Source of the DNA: Thermoproteales archaeon
Lineage (GTDB): Archaea > Thermoproteota > Thermoprotei > Thermofilales > B69-G16
Direction: 5' to 3'
Length of the DNA: 64,000 bases
NCBI GenBank assembly: GCA_021161825.1
Contig: JAGGZW010000130.1
Span: forward strand, 1,503 to 65,502
Shown one piece after another: positions 50,339 to 59,287 of the stretch. Every line of letters begins with the position of its first letter. Position 1 is the first letter of the stretch. The position numbers and the translations under genes are program-made. The notes below the pieces were generated by a model that worked only from the letters and a program-made list of their open reading frames with translations, was not told the origin of the DNA and did no database searches.

Positions 50339-51337
50339 ATGTATGACTTAAGCATTCAACGTGTAAAAAAGTGGTTGTCAGATAATAAGGCAAAAAAAGT
50401 GCTAATACAAGCGCCTGATGGAATAAAAGCCTATTTAGAAAATTTCATAGAATCCTTGGAGAAAGAAGTAGAAGTTTTCATATCTGGAAGTCGTGCTTGG
50501 GGCGGTTGTGATATAGCATTAAAGGAAGCTAAGCAATTAGGCATAAAACACATTATCCACATTGGACATCATGGACCCGTTCGTGTAAAAATTCCAGAGA
50601 ACATTCAAGTATTTTTTGTTCCTGCATTTGCCAAAATAAGTGTTGAAAATGCTTTAGAAAATAACCTTAATAAACTTGGAGACTGCTCTCCAATCGGCCT
50701 TTTAGCTTCATTACAGCATGTAAATCAGCTTAAAAGTGTAAAGAAAAAGCTTGAAAATCTTGGATACTCTGTAGTTATCGGACATGGTAATCTTCCCTTT
50801 GATGGACAAATTATTGGCTGTGATGTATCTGCGGCTGTAAATATAGCTCGCAAAGTATCGTGTTTTCTGGTTATTGCCGGTGGCATATTTCATGGATTTG
50901 GTGTTTATATAAGAACTGGTAAGAAAACGTTAATCCTTGATCCCTACAGGAAAAAAATTGTAGACATCCAAAAAACTATGGAGAAATTTTATGCAAAGCA
51001 TTTGTATAACCTAGCAAAGGCATTAGAGGCTAAAAAATTTGGCGTGTTAGTATCAACAAAACCTGGACAATATTCGATAAATCTAGCAAGAAAAATTGCC
51101 CAAAAAATTAAAAAACATGGCAAAAAAGCCTATATCATAGTTACCGATGAGATAGAACCTGAAACACTACAAAATTTCACTTTTATAGATGCATACGTAA
51201 ATACCGCATGTCCGAGGCTTAATTTTGACAATGAAGATAATTTTAAAAAACCTATAATAGGGGCAAAAGAAATAGATTATGTTCTGGAAAATAGATTAGC
51301 AGACCATAAAATAATAGATACACTGCACATCTTATAA
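50339..51337 (+). CDS. dph2: diphthamide synthesis protein Dph2
   Basis: ~330 aa. VLIQAPDGIKAY and the three-domain Dph2 architecture, with conserved Cys (GCDI, GCDV, TACPR). Confidence 0.8.
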   Translation: MYDLSIQRVKKWLSDNKAKKVLIQAPDGIKAYLENFIESLEKEVEVFISGSRAWGGCDIALKEAKQLGIKHIIHIGHHGPVRVKIPENIQVFFVPAFAKISVENALENNLNKLGDCSPIGLLASLQHVNQLKSVKKKLENLGYSVVIGHGNLPFDGQIIGCDVSAAVNIARKVSCFLVIAGGIFHGFGVYIRTGKKTLILDPYRKKIVDIQKTMEKFYAKHLYNLAKALEAKKFGVLVSTKPGQYSINLARKIAQKIKKHGKKAYIIVTDEIEPETLQNFTFIDAYVNTACPRLNFDNEDNFKKPIIGAKEIDYVLENRLADHKIIDTLHIL

Positions 51338-51375
51338 AGTAAACTTAATAAATATCTCTCTGAAAATATTAGTCA

Positions 51376-51473
51376 GCCCCGGTAGCTCAGGTGGTGGAGC
51401 ACCGCCTTGGTAAGGCGGGGGAACAGCTGCTAGCAGCTGTCTCGAAACGCGGGTTCAAGTCCCGCCCGGGGCT
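51376..51473 (+). tRNA. tRNA-Thr(GGU) with a 25-nt non-canonical intron in the variable loop
   Basis: GCCCCGG-TA-GCTC..GAGC-A-CCGCC-TTGGTAA-GGCGG-GGG[AACAGCTGCTAGCAGCTGTCTCGAA]AC-GCGGG-TTCAAGT-CCCGC-CCGGGGC-T. Removing 51422-51446 leaves a 5-nt variable loop. Confidence 0.85.
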
Positions 51474-51479
51474 TTCATA

Positions 51480-52529
51480 TTACCGACATAGCCTATATTC
51501 TTCTTTGTTTATTATTTGTCTAGGAAATGTTGGAGCTTCCTCTATAATGTATACGCTAAAACCTTTTTTAACTAATTTGTCGGCGTAATACATGCTAGTA
51601 CATGCTTTGTTTGCATGTGTTTCCCTTAGTGGTGGAGGAATAATGTTTTTTATAGATACTAGGTTATCTGTTTTTACCTCTACATACCTAAGTAATCCTT
51701 CATCTGTTATTTCTTGATAATTTTTTGCAATAGATACTGCTCTCCTGTACAATCTTAAACTTGTTTGGTAGCGGTCTTTTACTACTGCAGGACAAAAATG
51801 AATGCTCAAGCTTAAATTTTCTGTGGCCCATTCGATGACGTTAATTGCAGTTTCTCTACTTCCCTTAGCTGTTATATAATCCTCTCGCATTTTATATCCT
51901 CGCTGGAGTAAAGCTATGGCATTTGTTTCGCTAAATTCTAGCTCGTTTAAGTTAAGAAAATCTGCTTCTATACTATCAAGATATTTCGCGAATTTTATTA
52001 TCTCTTCCTCAGCACCAGGTAAGACAGGTATCTCTGCGCCTACCCTCATCGAAGAATTTTCAAGGGCCAGCTTAATTTTGTTCCAGTATCTGCGTGAAGG
52101 ATGTATTCTCAACTCGTCCAAGCCTGCACGGTCAAGTTTAGATATTATACCTTTTGTCAAAGTGACACCTGATGTATACAAGTGAATGTGAAAATTTGAA
52201 AAGACTTCTTTAAGATAATTGATAATTGATAATGTAACATCTATTTTTACTAAAGGATCTCCACCCGTTATACCTGCCCCATGAGAATCTGATAGCAAAA
52301 TTTCAGCTAACATTTGCTTCCTATCATACTTTTTTAATTGTTTTTCATTAACAAAAAAAACATCTTTTCTACGATTTAGACTTAGCGGACAATAGAAGCA
52401 CTTACGAAGACAGAGTCCCGTTATGAAAATAATGCTTTTTCTTCCCCGCTGACATAAGCTACAGCCAGGGGGTAGTTTGCCTAGCACTATACTTCCCGTC
52501 GGCAAAACTCTTACACGAGACATTTTCAC
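51480..52529 (-). CDS. radical SAM protein (PflA-activase-like, COG2108-type)
   Basis: Canonical CLRKCFYC (Cx3Cx2C) cluster motif. ~350 aa. Confidence 0.7.
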   Translation of the reverse strand: MKMSRVRVLPTGSIVLGKLPPGCSLCQRGRKSIIFITGLCLRKCFYCPLSLNRRKDVFFVNEKQLKKYDRKQMLAEILLSDSHGAGITGGDPLVKIDVTLSIINYLKEVFSNFHIHLYTSGVTLTKGIISKLDRAGLDELRIHPSRRYWNKIKLALENSSMRVGAEIPVLPGAEEEIIKFAKYLDSIEADFLNLNELEFSETNAIALLQRGYKMREDYITAKGSRETAINVIEWATENLSLSIHFCPAVVKDRYQTSLRLYRRAVSIAKNYQEITDEGLLRYVEVKTDNLVSIKNIIPPPLRETHANKACTSMYYADKLVKKGFSVYIIEEAPTFPRQIINKEEYRLCR

Positions 52530-52577
52530 ACGGAAAATTTAAAGCTTTGAATGTTTAAATTAGTAAGGGTGTAGATT

Positions 52578-52757
52578 GTGTCTAAAGTAAAGAAGAAACG
52601 TGAAAGAACGCCAGCCACAATGTCGGCAGCCGGATTAATGTCCTTTTTTGAGGAAGAAATTGAAGGTATAAAATTACGCCCTGAGCTTGTTGTAGCTTCA
52701 GCAATTGTCCTTATTACTCTTGTAATAATGGCGCATCTCGGCCTCTTCGCTTTTTAG
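52578..52757 (+). CDS. secG: preprotein translocase subunit Sec61beta (SecG), missed by the ORF track (59 aa)
   Basis: GTG start preceded by GGGTG. Translation is VSKVKKKRERTPATMSAAGLMSFFEEEIEGIKLRPELVVASAIVLITLVIMAHLGLFAF. The basic N-terminus, AAGLM.FF.E motif and single C-terminal TM are typical of archaeal Sec61beta. Confidence 0.75.
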   Translation: MSKVKKKRERTPATMSAAGLMSFFEEEIEGIKLRPELVVASAIVLITLVIMAHLGLFAF

Positions 52758-53514
52758 CAGCTTCTTTTATTGAATCAACAATTTCCTTCAACGTTTTATA
52801 TACTTCGCTAACTTCTTCTATAATCGTTCCCGTGACTATTATATTAGCACCTGCCTCCACAGCCCGTTTAGCAAGTTCTCCATTCCTAATACCGCCTCCA
52901 ACTATTAAAGGTATGGTAACGGTTTCGCTTACCATTTTTATTATATTCGGAGGTATGGGCTTACCTCCCGAGCCACCCTCAAGGTATATAAATTGAAAAC
53001 CTAAAAATTGGGCTGCAAGAGCAAAGGCTACGACTACTTCTGCTTGATCAAAGGGTATTGGTCTTGTATTGCTAACATAGCTGACGGCTCCGCCACACCC
53101 CAGAATTAGATAAGCTAGCGAAAGCGGCTCTACGCCATACCTCTTTATTATCGGCGCGGCTTGCATTTGTCCTCCAATAATAAAATAGGGGTTAACAGAG
53201 TTTAACACCGATAAAAACCAAACAGCATCAGCATACTTGCTTAGCTCACCTATGCTGCCAGGAAAAAGTATAACAGGAAGATCGGAATTTTCCTTTATTG
53301 CAATTACCGTTTCATCAACCATTCTCTCCGAGACTCCTATGCTTCCTCCAACCATAACTGCAGAAGAACCAGCTTTTTCGGCTTCAACAGCTATTTTAGC
53401 TGCACGATCGGGTGGCGTAATATCAGGATCAATTAAGACCATGTGTATTGCATGATTCTCTGTTATTTTTTTCATTATCATCTTCTTTACTTGTCCTTTG
53501 TAGCTTTTCCTCAT
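52714..53514 (-). CDS. geranylgeranylglyceryl phosphate synthase (PcrB/GGGPS family)
   Basis: TIM-barrel motifs VMVGGS, YLEGGSGG, LIVGGGIR. The basic C-terminal tail overlaps Sec61beta by 44 nt. Confidence 0.85.
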   Translation of the reverse strand: MRKSYKGQVKKMIMKKITENHAIHMVLIDPDITPPDRAAKIAVEAEKAGSSAVMVGGSIGVSERMVDETVIAIKENSDLPVILFPGSIGELSKYADAVWFLSVLNSVNPYFIIGGQMQAAPIIKRYGVEPLSLAYLILGCGGAVSYVSNTRPIPFDQAEVVVAFALAAQFLGFQFIYLEGGSGGKPIPPNIIKMVSETVTIPLIVGGGIRNGELAKRAVEAGANIIVTGTIIEEVSEVYKTLKEIVDSIKEAAKKRRGRDAPLLQE

Positions 53515-53762
53515 ATGATGATCCCCTGTTCTTGAATAAAAGCATCAACAAATTTGCCGTAATAGTCGACCGGTTGAAATATTTCTTCGTATTTAAAGGT
53601 GTAGCTTAATTTACATGCGCCGCAAATTACCGAAACTATCTCATCTTTCTTATTAACATTTACAGATACTGCTGTGGCACCGCATCTCGGACATTGGAAT
53701 ATAGCTGGAATTTTCTTTTTAGGCCTAGTTCTAATTTTTCTTCTGCTTTTTCTCCTCCCCAT
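53511..53762 (-). CDS. transcription elongation factor Elf1 homolog
   Basis: MGRRKSRRK basic N-terminus, then zinc ribbon CPRCG...CGAC, then VDYYGKFVD. 4-nt overlap with the downstream GGGPS gene. Confidence 0.7.
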   Translation of the reverse strand: MGRRKSRRKIRTRPKKKIPAIFQCPRCGATAVSVNVNKKDEIVSVICGACKLSYTFKYEEIFQPVDYYGKFVDAFIQEQGIII

Positions 53763-53811
53763 ATACCATCACTTAATACTATCACTAATATACCCGCTTA
53801 TATAATGTACG

Positions 53812-55302
53812 TTAAAAGTTTGTCCTTTTAACATTGAATGCGATCATCTGGGGAAGTTTGTTCTTCATTTTATACATATAACCTTGAATTTCAATATCTG
53901 ATCCTTTAATTTCCTCCTCTATATATCTTAAAATATTTTTTGCTATACCTAATTCATGATAATCTCTTAACTCATCGATCGTCATACGCGATAATTCTTC
54001 AAAAACTCTTGAATTACTGCTATAAACTTTAGCCTCTCCTGTACCATCGTCCACTACAAACGAAACAAAAGGTAAAACCAGTTCATTATTGTCATGAATA
54101 AAATACCGAACATTAAAACTTATAGAAACTATCACACCCTCGATTGAACAAGCTCCTGCGCAATCAATTATGAATTTTTTAGGGAAATCCATTTTCTCTA
54201 GGAAAATATCTTCCTCAAAAACTTTAATGCTGCTGCATCGTCCAATTCTAAAAAATGTACCTTTTGATCCCTTAACAATGTCTATTCCCTTAATCATAAT
54301 TTCGGTGCCTATCTTTAATGTAGCGAAAGTAGGAAGTAGCTGTTCGTAGACTAATACTAAAGAAACTATTTCCGTTTCATCTCCAAGGATTATCCTAGGA
54401 AACTTAGTGGGATTTAGTGCTAAAAAATATCCTCGTAACGTGATATCTTTACCTTCTTGAGGAATATTAGAAGGTTTATAAGCATGACTAGACTCCTCTT
54501 CATGCGCACTTTCATCAAGCATCATAATTTTCAGTTTCCTTGAATTTGTATAATATTCTACAAAATTTTGCATAGATATATGCTGTCTGACCCCACATAT
54601 GTAATATCTGCCCGTGGGTAGATCTCTTTCTTCCAAGCCATCCCAAACAACTATTCTGATCCTTCGTCCTTGCAGATCAGTACCTCTTATGCATGCAAAA
54701 TCTGGCTTTAAAACAATTTCTTCTATATCGGCTATTATGCAGTCAATTTGTGACTTGTTGATAAAATATTCTAAAGTTGGTAAATCATCTTCTGCTGCTA
54801 GCTCTATGTTACCATCAGTACTTACATAAAGCTCGATTTTCCCTCGGTAATCCTTAGTATAGCCTCTCGTTATTTTAATTACATCTCCAGGCTTTATCCC
54901 CCTTACGAGATTTGTTTGCTCATTCCATAGCACTAGGGTGATGGTTCCTGTATCATCCCCAATTATAATCCTTATGTAACGATATTCTCTATTGTTTCTA
55001 AAGAATGAGACTTCTTTGTCTATTTTTAACACTCTAGCTACAAGATTTACGTTTCGTAAACCTGAAATAAGATCTTTAATTTTGAGCTTAGCTATTTTCG
55101 GCTTTTCTCCTTTTAGATTTATTCCAAGTTCTTTAGCAATCATTAACGCAACAACGTGCTCGTCTATTAATCCTCCCAATTCCTTTGTTTTCTCTTCTAT
55201 CATTCGTTTTACCTGTTCAAAGTTAAGCGATGGTTTTTCCTTGACTATCCAGGATATTATCTTGTTTACTTCTTTTTCGCTATTCACCATATCAGAGACC
55301 AT
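53812..55302 (-). CDS. multi-OB-fold replication protein A-like ssDNA-binding protein (tentative)
   Basis: The N-terminal helical domain (EEKTKELGGLIDEHVVALMIAKELGI) is like euryarchaeal RPA N-termini. At least 2-3 OB-like repeats follow (e.g. VNLVARVLKI...IIIGDDTGTITLVLW). Confidence 0.5.
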   Translation of the reverse strand: MVSDMVNSEKEVNKIISWIVKEKPSLNFEQVKRMIEEKTKELGGLIDEHVVALMIAKELGINLKGEKPKIAKLKIKDLISGLRNVNLVARVLKIDKEVSFFRNNREYRYIRIIIGDDTGTITLVLWNEQTNLVRGIKPGDVIKITRGYTKDYRGKIELYVSTDGNIELAAEDDLPTLEYFINKSQIDCIIADIEEIVLKPDFACIRGTDLQGRRIRIVVWDGLEERDLPTGRYYICGVRQHISMQNFVEYYTNSRKLKIMMLDESAHEEESSHAYKPSNIPQEGKDITLRGYFLALNPTKFPRIILGDETEIVSLVLVYEQLLPTFATLKIGTEIMIKGIDIVKGSKGTFFRIGRCSSIKVFEEDIFLEKMDFPKKFIIDCAGACSIEGVIVSISFNVRYFIHDNNELVLPFVSFVVDDGTGEAKVYSSNSRVFEELSRMTIDELRDYHELGIAKNILRYIEEEIKGSDIEIQGYMYKMKNKLPQMIAFNVKRTNF

Positions 55303-55351
55303 TATGCTTTATTTATTTTAGCTATAGAACAAGTTTTAATAGTGTACAACC

Positions 55352-55687
55352 TTATTTATCTATAAACTTGATAAATATGTCTTTTAAAAAATTGACTTTT
55401 TCCTTATCTTCAATTGTTTTTTCCTTGTATAGTCTATTTTTTTCAGCAATTTCTCTAGCTTGGATATGATAACATCGCGACGTTAATCTTCTTAGCTTAA
55501 CATTAACAATGAAATCTCTACATGAACAGTACATTCCTGGTATAACAATGTACATGTTTTTGAATTTGTGTCCGTAAACGATCCAGAAAATAGTGCCACT
55601 GGGTTGGAATACAAACTTGGTAACTCTACCCTCTCTAGCTGCTTTATAAGCTTCCTTTTTTATGCGTTTTTCTCTAAGCGATGTCAA
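55352..55687 (-). CDS. SWIM zinc-finger protein
   Basis: CSCRDF...x15...CYH fits the CxCxnCxH SWIM signature. Confidence 0.6.
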   Translation of the reverse strand: MTSLREKRIKKEAYKAAREGRVTKFVFQPSGTIFWIVYGHKFKNMYIVIPGMYCSCRDFIVNVKLRRLTSRCYHIQAREIAEKNRLYKEKTIEDKEKVNFLKDIFIKFIDK

Positions 55688-55703
55688 TGCCTGCCACTAT
55701 CCG

Positions 55704-57008
55704 CTACTTTTCAAATATTAATTCTTTACCGTTTTCGGGAAAATAAACTTTTAAACCCGTGTTTTTAATACATGAGCTTATGAAATTTTCTCCCTCATCT
55801 TCGCTGCTATGTACTAATATAATTTTTGCATGTTGTGATAAGGCGTTTATGACGTCACATAATCCTTTCCTGCTTATATGAGATGAAAAGTCAAACCACT
55901 CGATTCTTGCCCTAACAGGTCCCACTCCTTTCCTTGTAGAAAAAACTCCCTCCTCGATAATTCTTCTAGCAGGAGTCTCTTCTATTAAATAACTTACAAA
56001 GAACACGGCGTTTTTAGGATTATCAAAAATTTTTTCCATATAAAACACGGATGCCCCTCCCTTCAACATTCCTGCCGGAGAAATTATTATACTCGGCCTC
56101 TTTATAGCTCTTTTACGCATTTGCCATCCAGAAATAATTTTTACGCGTTTAAAAGCCTCTTCAAATAGTTCTGGATTCCCCAAATACTCTCTGTAATGAT
56201 ACATAAGTTCTGCTATTGCTCGTGCCATTCCATCAATATATATCGGATACCCAATATCATATTTGGCAAGAACGCACATAATTTCCTGCGACCGCCCAAC
56301 CGCAAAAGCGGGTATAAGCACAGTACCCCCATTGTCAAGTACTTCTTTCAACTTTTCTACGAAAATTTTCTCTATTTTATCTCTAGATGGATGGTCGAAA
56401 TTCGCGTATGTCCCCTCTGTTATTAAAATATCCACGTCTTTTAACACGTTCAAATCAGCACCTTTGAGAAGACACGTATTCGTCGTATTGTAATCCCCAG
56501 TATATAGTATGTTTAGTCCGTCTAATCTAATCTTAAACATGCAACTACCAGGTATGTGACCAGCATCAATTACCTCAATTTCCGCATCTTTAATGGAAAT
56601 AGATTCGCCATAGTTCACTAGCTTTACATGGCGAACCATATTTTCCAGCTCAATCATCTCAAATGGTACGTAAAATTTTGATATCTTTAGAAAATCTCTG
56701 ATAAGGATACTGGAAAATTCTAGCGTAAGCACGGTGGTGTATAATGGTTTTGCTTCGCTTATATACAGAAATGGCAATGCTCCAGAATGGTCTAAATGTG
56801 CATGAGTTAAAAAAACAGCATCCAATGATTTTGGACTTACGTGAAGTGGAAAACTAGGCTCTTCTTTGCCGATAGCTACTCCATAATCGAAAAGTAGCCT
56901 AGTATCTTTATGCTCTATCATAATTGCAGAACGCCCTACTTCCCTCCCCGCTCCTAAGATTTTTATCTTCGTCTGTTTTTTTCTTCTCTTTAAAACCATT
57001 ACTAACAC
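55704..57008 (-). CDS. metallo-beta-lactamase/beta-CASP ribonuclease (aCPSF2-like, no KH domains)
   Basis: HAHLDHSGALP motif 2, DAGH, and beta-CASP motifs downstream. ~430 aa. Confidence 0.7.
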   Translation of the reverse strand: MLVMVLKRRKKQTKIKILGAGREVGRSAIMIEHKDTRLLFDYGVAIGKEEPSFPLHVSPKSLDAVFLTHAHLDHSGALPFLYISEAKPLYTTVLTLEFSSILIRDFLKISKFYVPFEMIELENMVRHVKLVNYGESISIKDAEIEVIDAGHIPGSCMFKIRLDGLNILYTGDYNTTNTCLLKGADLNVLKDVDILITEGTYANFDHPSRDKIEKIFVEKLKEVLDNGGTVLIPAFAVGRSQEIMCVLAKYDIGYPIYIDGMARAIAELMYHYREYLGNPELFEEAFKRVKIISGWQMRKRAIKRPSIIISPAGMLKGGASVFYMEKIFDNPKNAVFFVSYLIEETPARRIIEEGVFSTRKGVGPVRARIEWFDFSSHISRKGLCDVINALSQHAKIILVHSSEDEGENFISSCIKNTGLKVYFPENGKELIFEK

Positions 57009-57015
57009 CGTTTCC

Positions 57016-58341
57016 CTATGGGAAATGCCAAATGTTAATAATATATCTCTCGTCTCCTAGCTTAACTCCCAGTAATCTCTTAGGTTTCGAAAGATGTCTA
57101 TAAGCCGATGGAGAAGAAAGATAAAGACCAGGCTCTAAGATTCTCGCTTTTAAAATTTTTTCTTTAGTAATAGTTTTGGATTTAAAACCACATTTCGGAC
57201 ATTTAAATCCTTTATTTTTACCTGCAGATTTCATTCTATAGTTACAATTGGGACACCTTGGATTTCTAATCTCCTCTCTCAATACTAGTTTTTTAATTCT
57301 CAATGTTTCCGCATTAACCGTAAGACCATGTTTACTACTGGCCGGCCTAACCCCTCCCCCAATTTCAACAAAATCCCCCGGCATTAAGAGCCTAGCTACA
57401 CGATTTAAAAAAATTGTTTCTTTGTAAAATATGCAATCCACTTCTCCGCTTTCGTCTCTAATTTTAACTTTTACATGACCTCCTCTCAATATAGTTGGAA
57501 AAACTAACACACTCCCGGTAATTTTACACGAATCATAAGGTTTTAGAGATGCAATATTTTTATGTTTTCTTAAATGCGCACCTGTTCCCTGATTTGTTTT
57601 GTATATAATCCATCGCTCGGCATCGCCTAATTCATCTATCATATTCTTTGCTATTTGATTCAAGACTATTGGATTGACGCTTCTTATCCCTAACAATACG
57701 GGATCTGGCCCGTGAGGCACAACGAGTAATCTATCTGTCGAAAAATCTATGTTAGCGAATAAAACTTCTCTAAATTTCCTATCCAAGACTTTTATTTTTT
57801 CATAGCTAACTTTTCTATCCTTAATTTGCCTCGGATTTCTATAGACTAATAATTCAAACGTATATTCATGCAGAGGATGCGCCCCTATAGCTGCAAGAGC
57901 ACCCACTATACCTCTATCATTTCCCCTTAATACAAAGTAGTCAATCCCAAGTCTTTCCGCTAATTTTCTCGCGTATTCAGGAGTTACAACTTCGGATAAC
58001 GCGCGTTCATAAAATAGCTTCAACTTATGGTTGATACCCTTTGAAAACACAACGACAGGATTTGGCTTTCGGCCACCATATAGAATTGATTCGTTTACTA
58101 TTCTTAAAATGAGCTCTTTTAGTTCATCGTAATAGTATTCAGGAATATTTAAGCTGAAAGATACCGCACCATTACCTCTAGTTTTAAAGGGTATATTTGG
58201 ATTTAACCTTACTAGATAAGGATAGTCAAGAAAGGATACTCCATTAACCCTATTGAGAGCCTCTGCTATCAAAGCCCCAGTATACGTTGTACACATTCCA
58301 TGAGGAGAATCTACATCGTCTATGCCTATGATTAAGCGCAT
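57016..58341 (-). CDS. tiaS: tRNA(Ile2) 2-agmatinylcytidine synthetase TiaS
   Basis: IGIDDVDSPHGMCTTY N-terminus, central OB-like domain, and C-terminal zinc ribbon CPNC...CPKC. The ATG at 58341 is preferred. Confidence 0.75.
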   Translation of the reverse strand: MRLIIGIDDVDSPHGMCTTYTGALIAEALNRVNGVSFLDYPYLVRLNPNIPFKTRGNGAVSFSLNIPEYYYDELKELILRIVNESILYGGRKPNPVVVFSKGINHKLKLFYERALSEVVTPEYARKLAERLGIDYFVLRGNDRGIVGALAAIGAHPLHEYTFELLVYRNPRQIKDRKVSYEKIKVLDRKFREVLFANIDFSTDRLLVVPHGPDPVLLGIRSVNPIVLNQIAKNMIDELGDAERWIIYKTNQGTGAHLRKHKNIASLKPYDSCKITGSVLVFPTILRGGHVKVKIRDESGEVDCIFYKETIFLNRVARLLMPGDFVEIGGGVRPASSKHGLTVNAETLRIKKLVLREEIRNPRCPNCNYRMKSAGKNKGFKCPKCGFKSKTITKEKILKARILEPGLYLSSPSAYRHLSKPKRLLGVKLGDERYIINIWHFP

Positions 58342-58342
58342 T

Positions 58343-58585
58343 TTATTTAGAAAAACCCTCCACAACAATCATGGTTAGTGTTGATCTGACCTTACCAAAT
58401 CTTCTTATCCGCGACGTTACAATATCGCGTAAATGATCTATTTCGTCGACAGCAACTTTAACTACGATATCATATACTCCATATACAATATATGCTTCAA
58501 CGACTTCGGGTATCGTTTTTAGATGCTCCAGAACCTCCTTTTCAGCCCCTATTTCTGTACTTATCAACACATAAGCAAGCTTCAA
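58343..58585 (-). CDS. stand-alone Lrp/AsnC-type ligand-binding (RAM) domain protein
   Basis: 80 aa. AYVLISTEIGAEKEVLEHLKTIPEVVEAYIVYGVYDIVVKV is a ferredoxin-like RAM pattern. Confidence 0.65.
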   Translation of the reverse strand: MKLAYVLISTEIGAEKEVLEHLKTIPEVVEAYIVYGVYDIVVKVAVDEIDHLRDIVTSRIRRFGKVRSTLTMIVVEGFSK

Positions 58586-58671
58586 CTTGTCATCACCAAT
58601 AATAGTATCTTAATACAAAAAAATAAATCTTCGCGTTGTCATTACTGCACTGACAACAAAGTAAAAATTCT

Positions 58672-59021
58672 GGGGTTAGCCGATCGTAACCCACCTTCTG
58701 TTTTAGCGGAATCTGTCTAAGAGCCTACCCGAGCCTTCCCACGGACCTCATCGGCTCTGTTTGGCTCTGAACCCGCGGGGCGGCCGTTTCATCCTTTCCT
58801 ACATTCTCGTCGACGGGTTATCTCCGTCCTGTTGCCAGGACGGTTCTCGGCTTAACGCCTCGGCCGTCTCATTCTCATGGAATGTAGGAGGTCTCGTTTC
58901 TGTGCCGTTGCCTAGGGTTTCCCCCAGCGCCTCGCAGCGCCACGGGTCCGTGGACGTGGTGGAGTTTCCTCAGGTTGCCCGTCGCCGTGGCAACCCGAGA
59001 TCCGCCCGTCGGCTAACCCCC
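58672..59021 (-). ncRNA. rnpB: RNase P RNA (archaeal type A-like)
   Basis: 350-nt GC-rich island. P1 is GGGGTTAGCCGA/TCGGCTAACCCC, and P3 is the hairpin GGTTGCC..GGCAACC. CR-I is TGAGGAAACTCCACC. CR-IV/V is AAAACAGAAGGTGGGTTAC, whose GGTGG pairs with the CR-I CCACC (P4). Confidence 0.85.
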
Positions 59022-59074
59022 ATATTTAGTTAACCACAAGATATTCTTAAGTTTATTTATTTTTTATGGTAGAG

Positions 59075-59188
59075 TGCGGGGGCCGGGATTCGAACCCGGG
59101 CAGGGCTTCCCCAGCGGAGATCTCATCTCGGCCCTATTTGCTCGAGATCCTAAGTCCGCCCCCTTTGACCTAGCTCGGGCACCCCCGC
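59075..59188 (-). tRNA. tRNA-Leu(UAG) with ~29-nt intron
   Basis: Same Leu body. Anticodon arm is GCGGA-CTTAGG[ATCTCGAGCAAATAGGGCCGAGATGAGAT]C-TCCGC. The first 23 intron nt are identical to the tRNA-Leu(UAA) intron. Confidence 0.9.
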
Positions 59189-59287
59189 ACCACTAATCTA
59201 TTTGATAAGAAGTATATTTAAAAATTTACCTAGAACCTCGTGAGGTTGCTACGAAAACCCTCTTATTTCGGATAGATTTTAGTTATC

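Noticed and set aside
51391-51588. 65-aa ORF overlapping tRNA-Thr, and 26945-27142 overlapping the H/ACA candidate
   Set aside because: Both are explained by structured RNA genes. Their products are low-complexity.
58761-59033. 90-aa ORF (MALNPRGGRF...)
   Set aside because: It is antisense to the RNase P RNA gene. It is a GC-rich artefact with no coding features.
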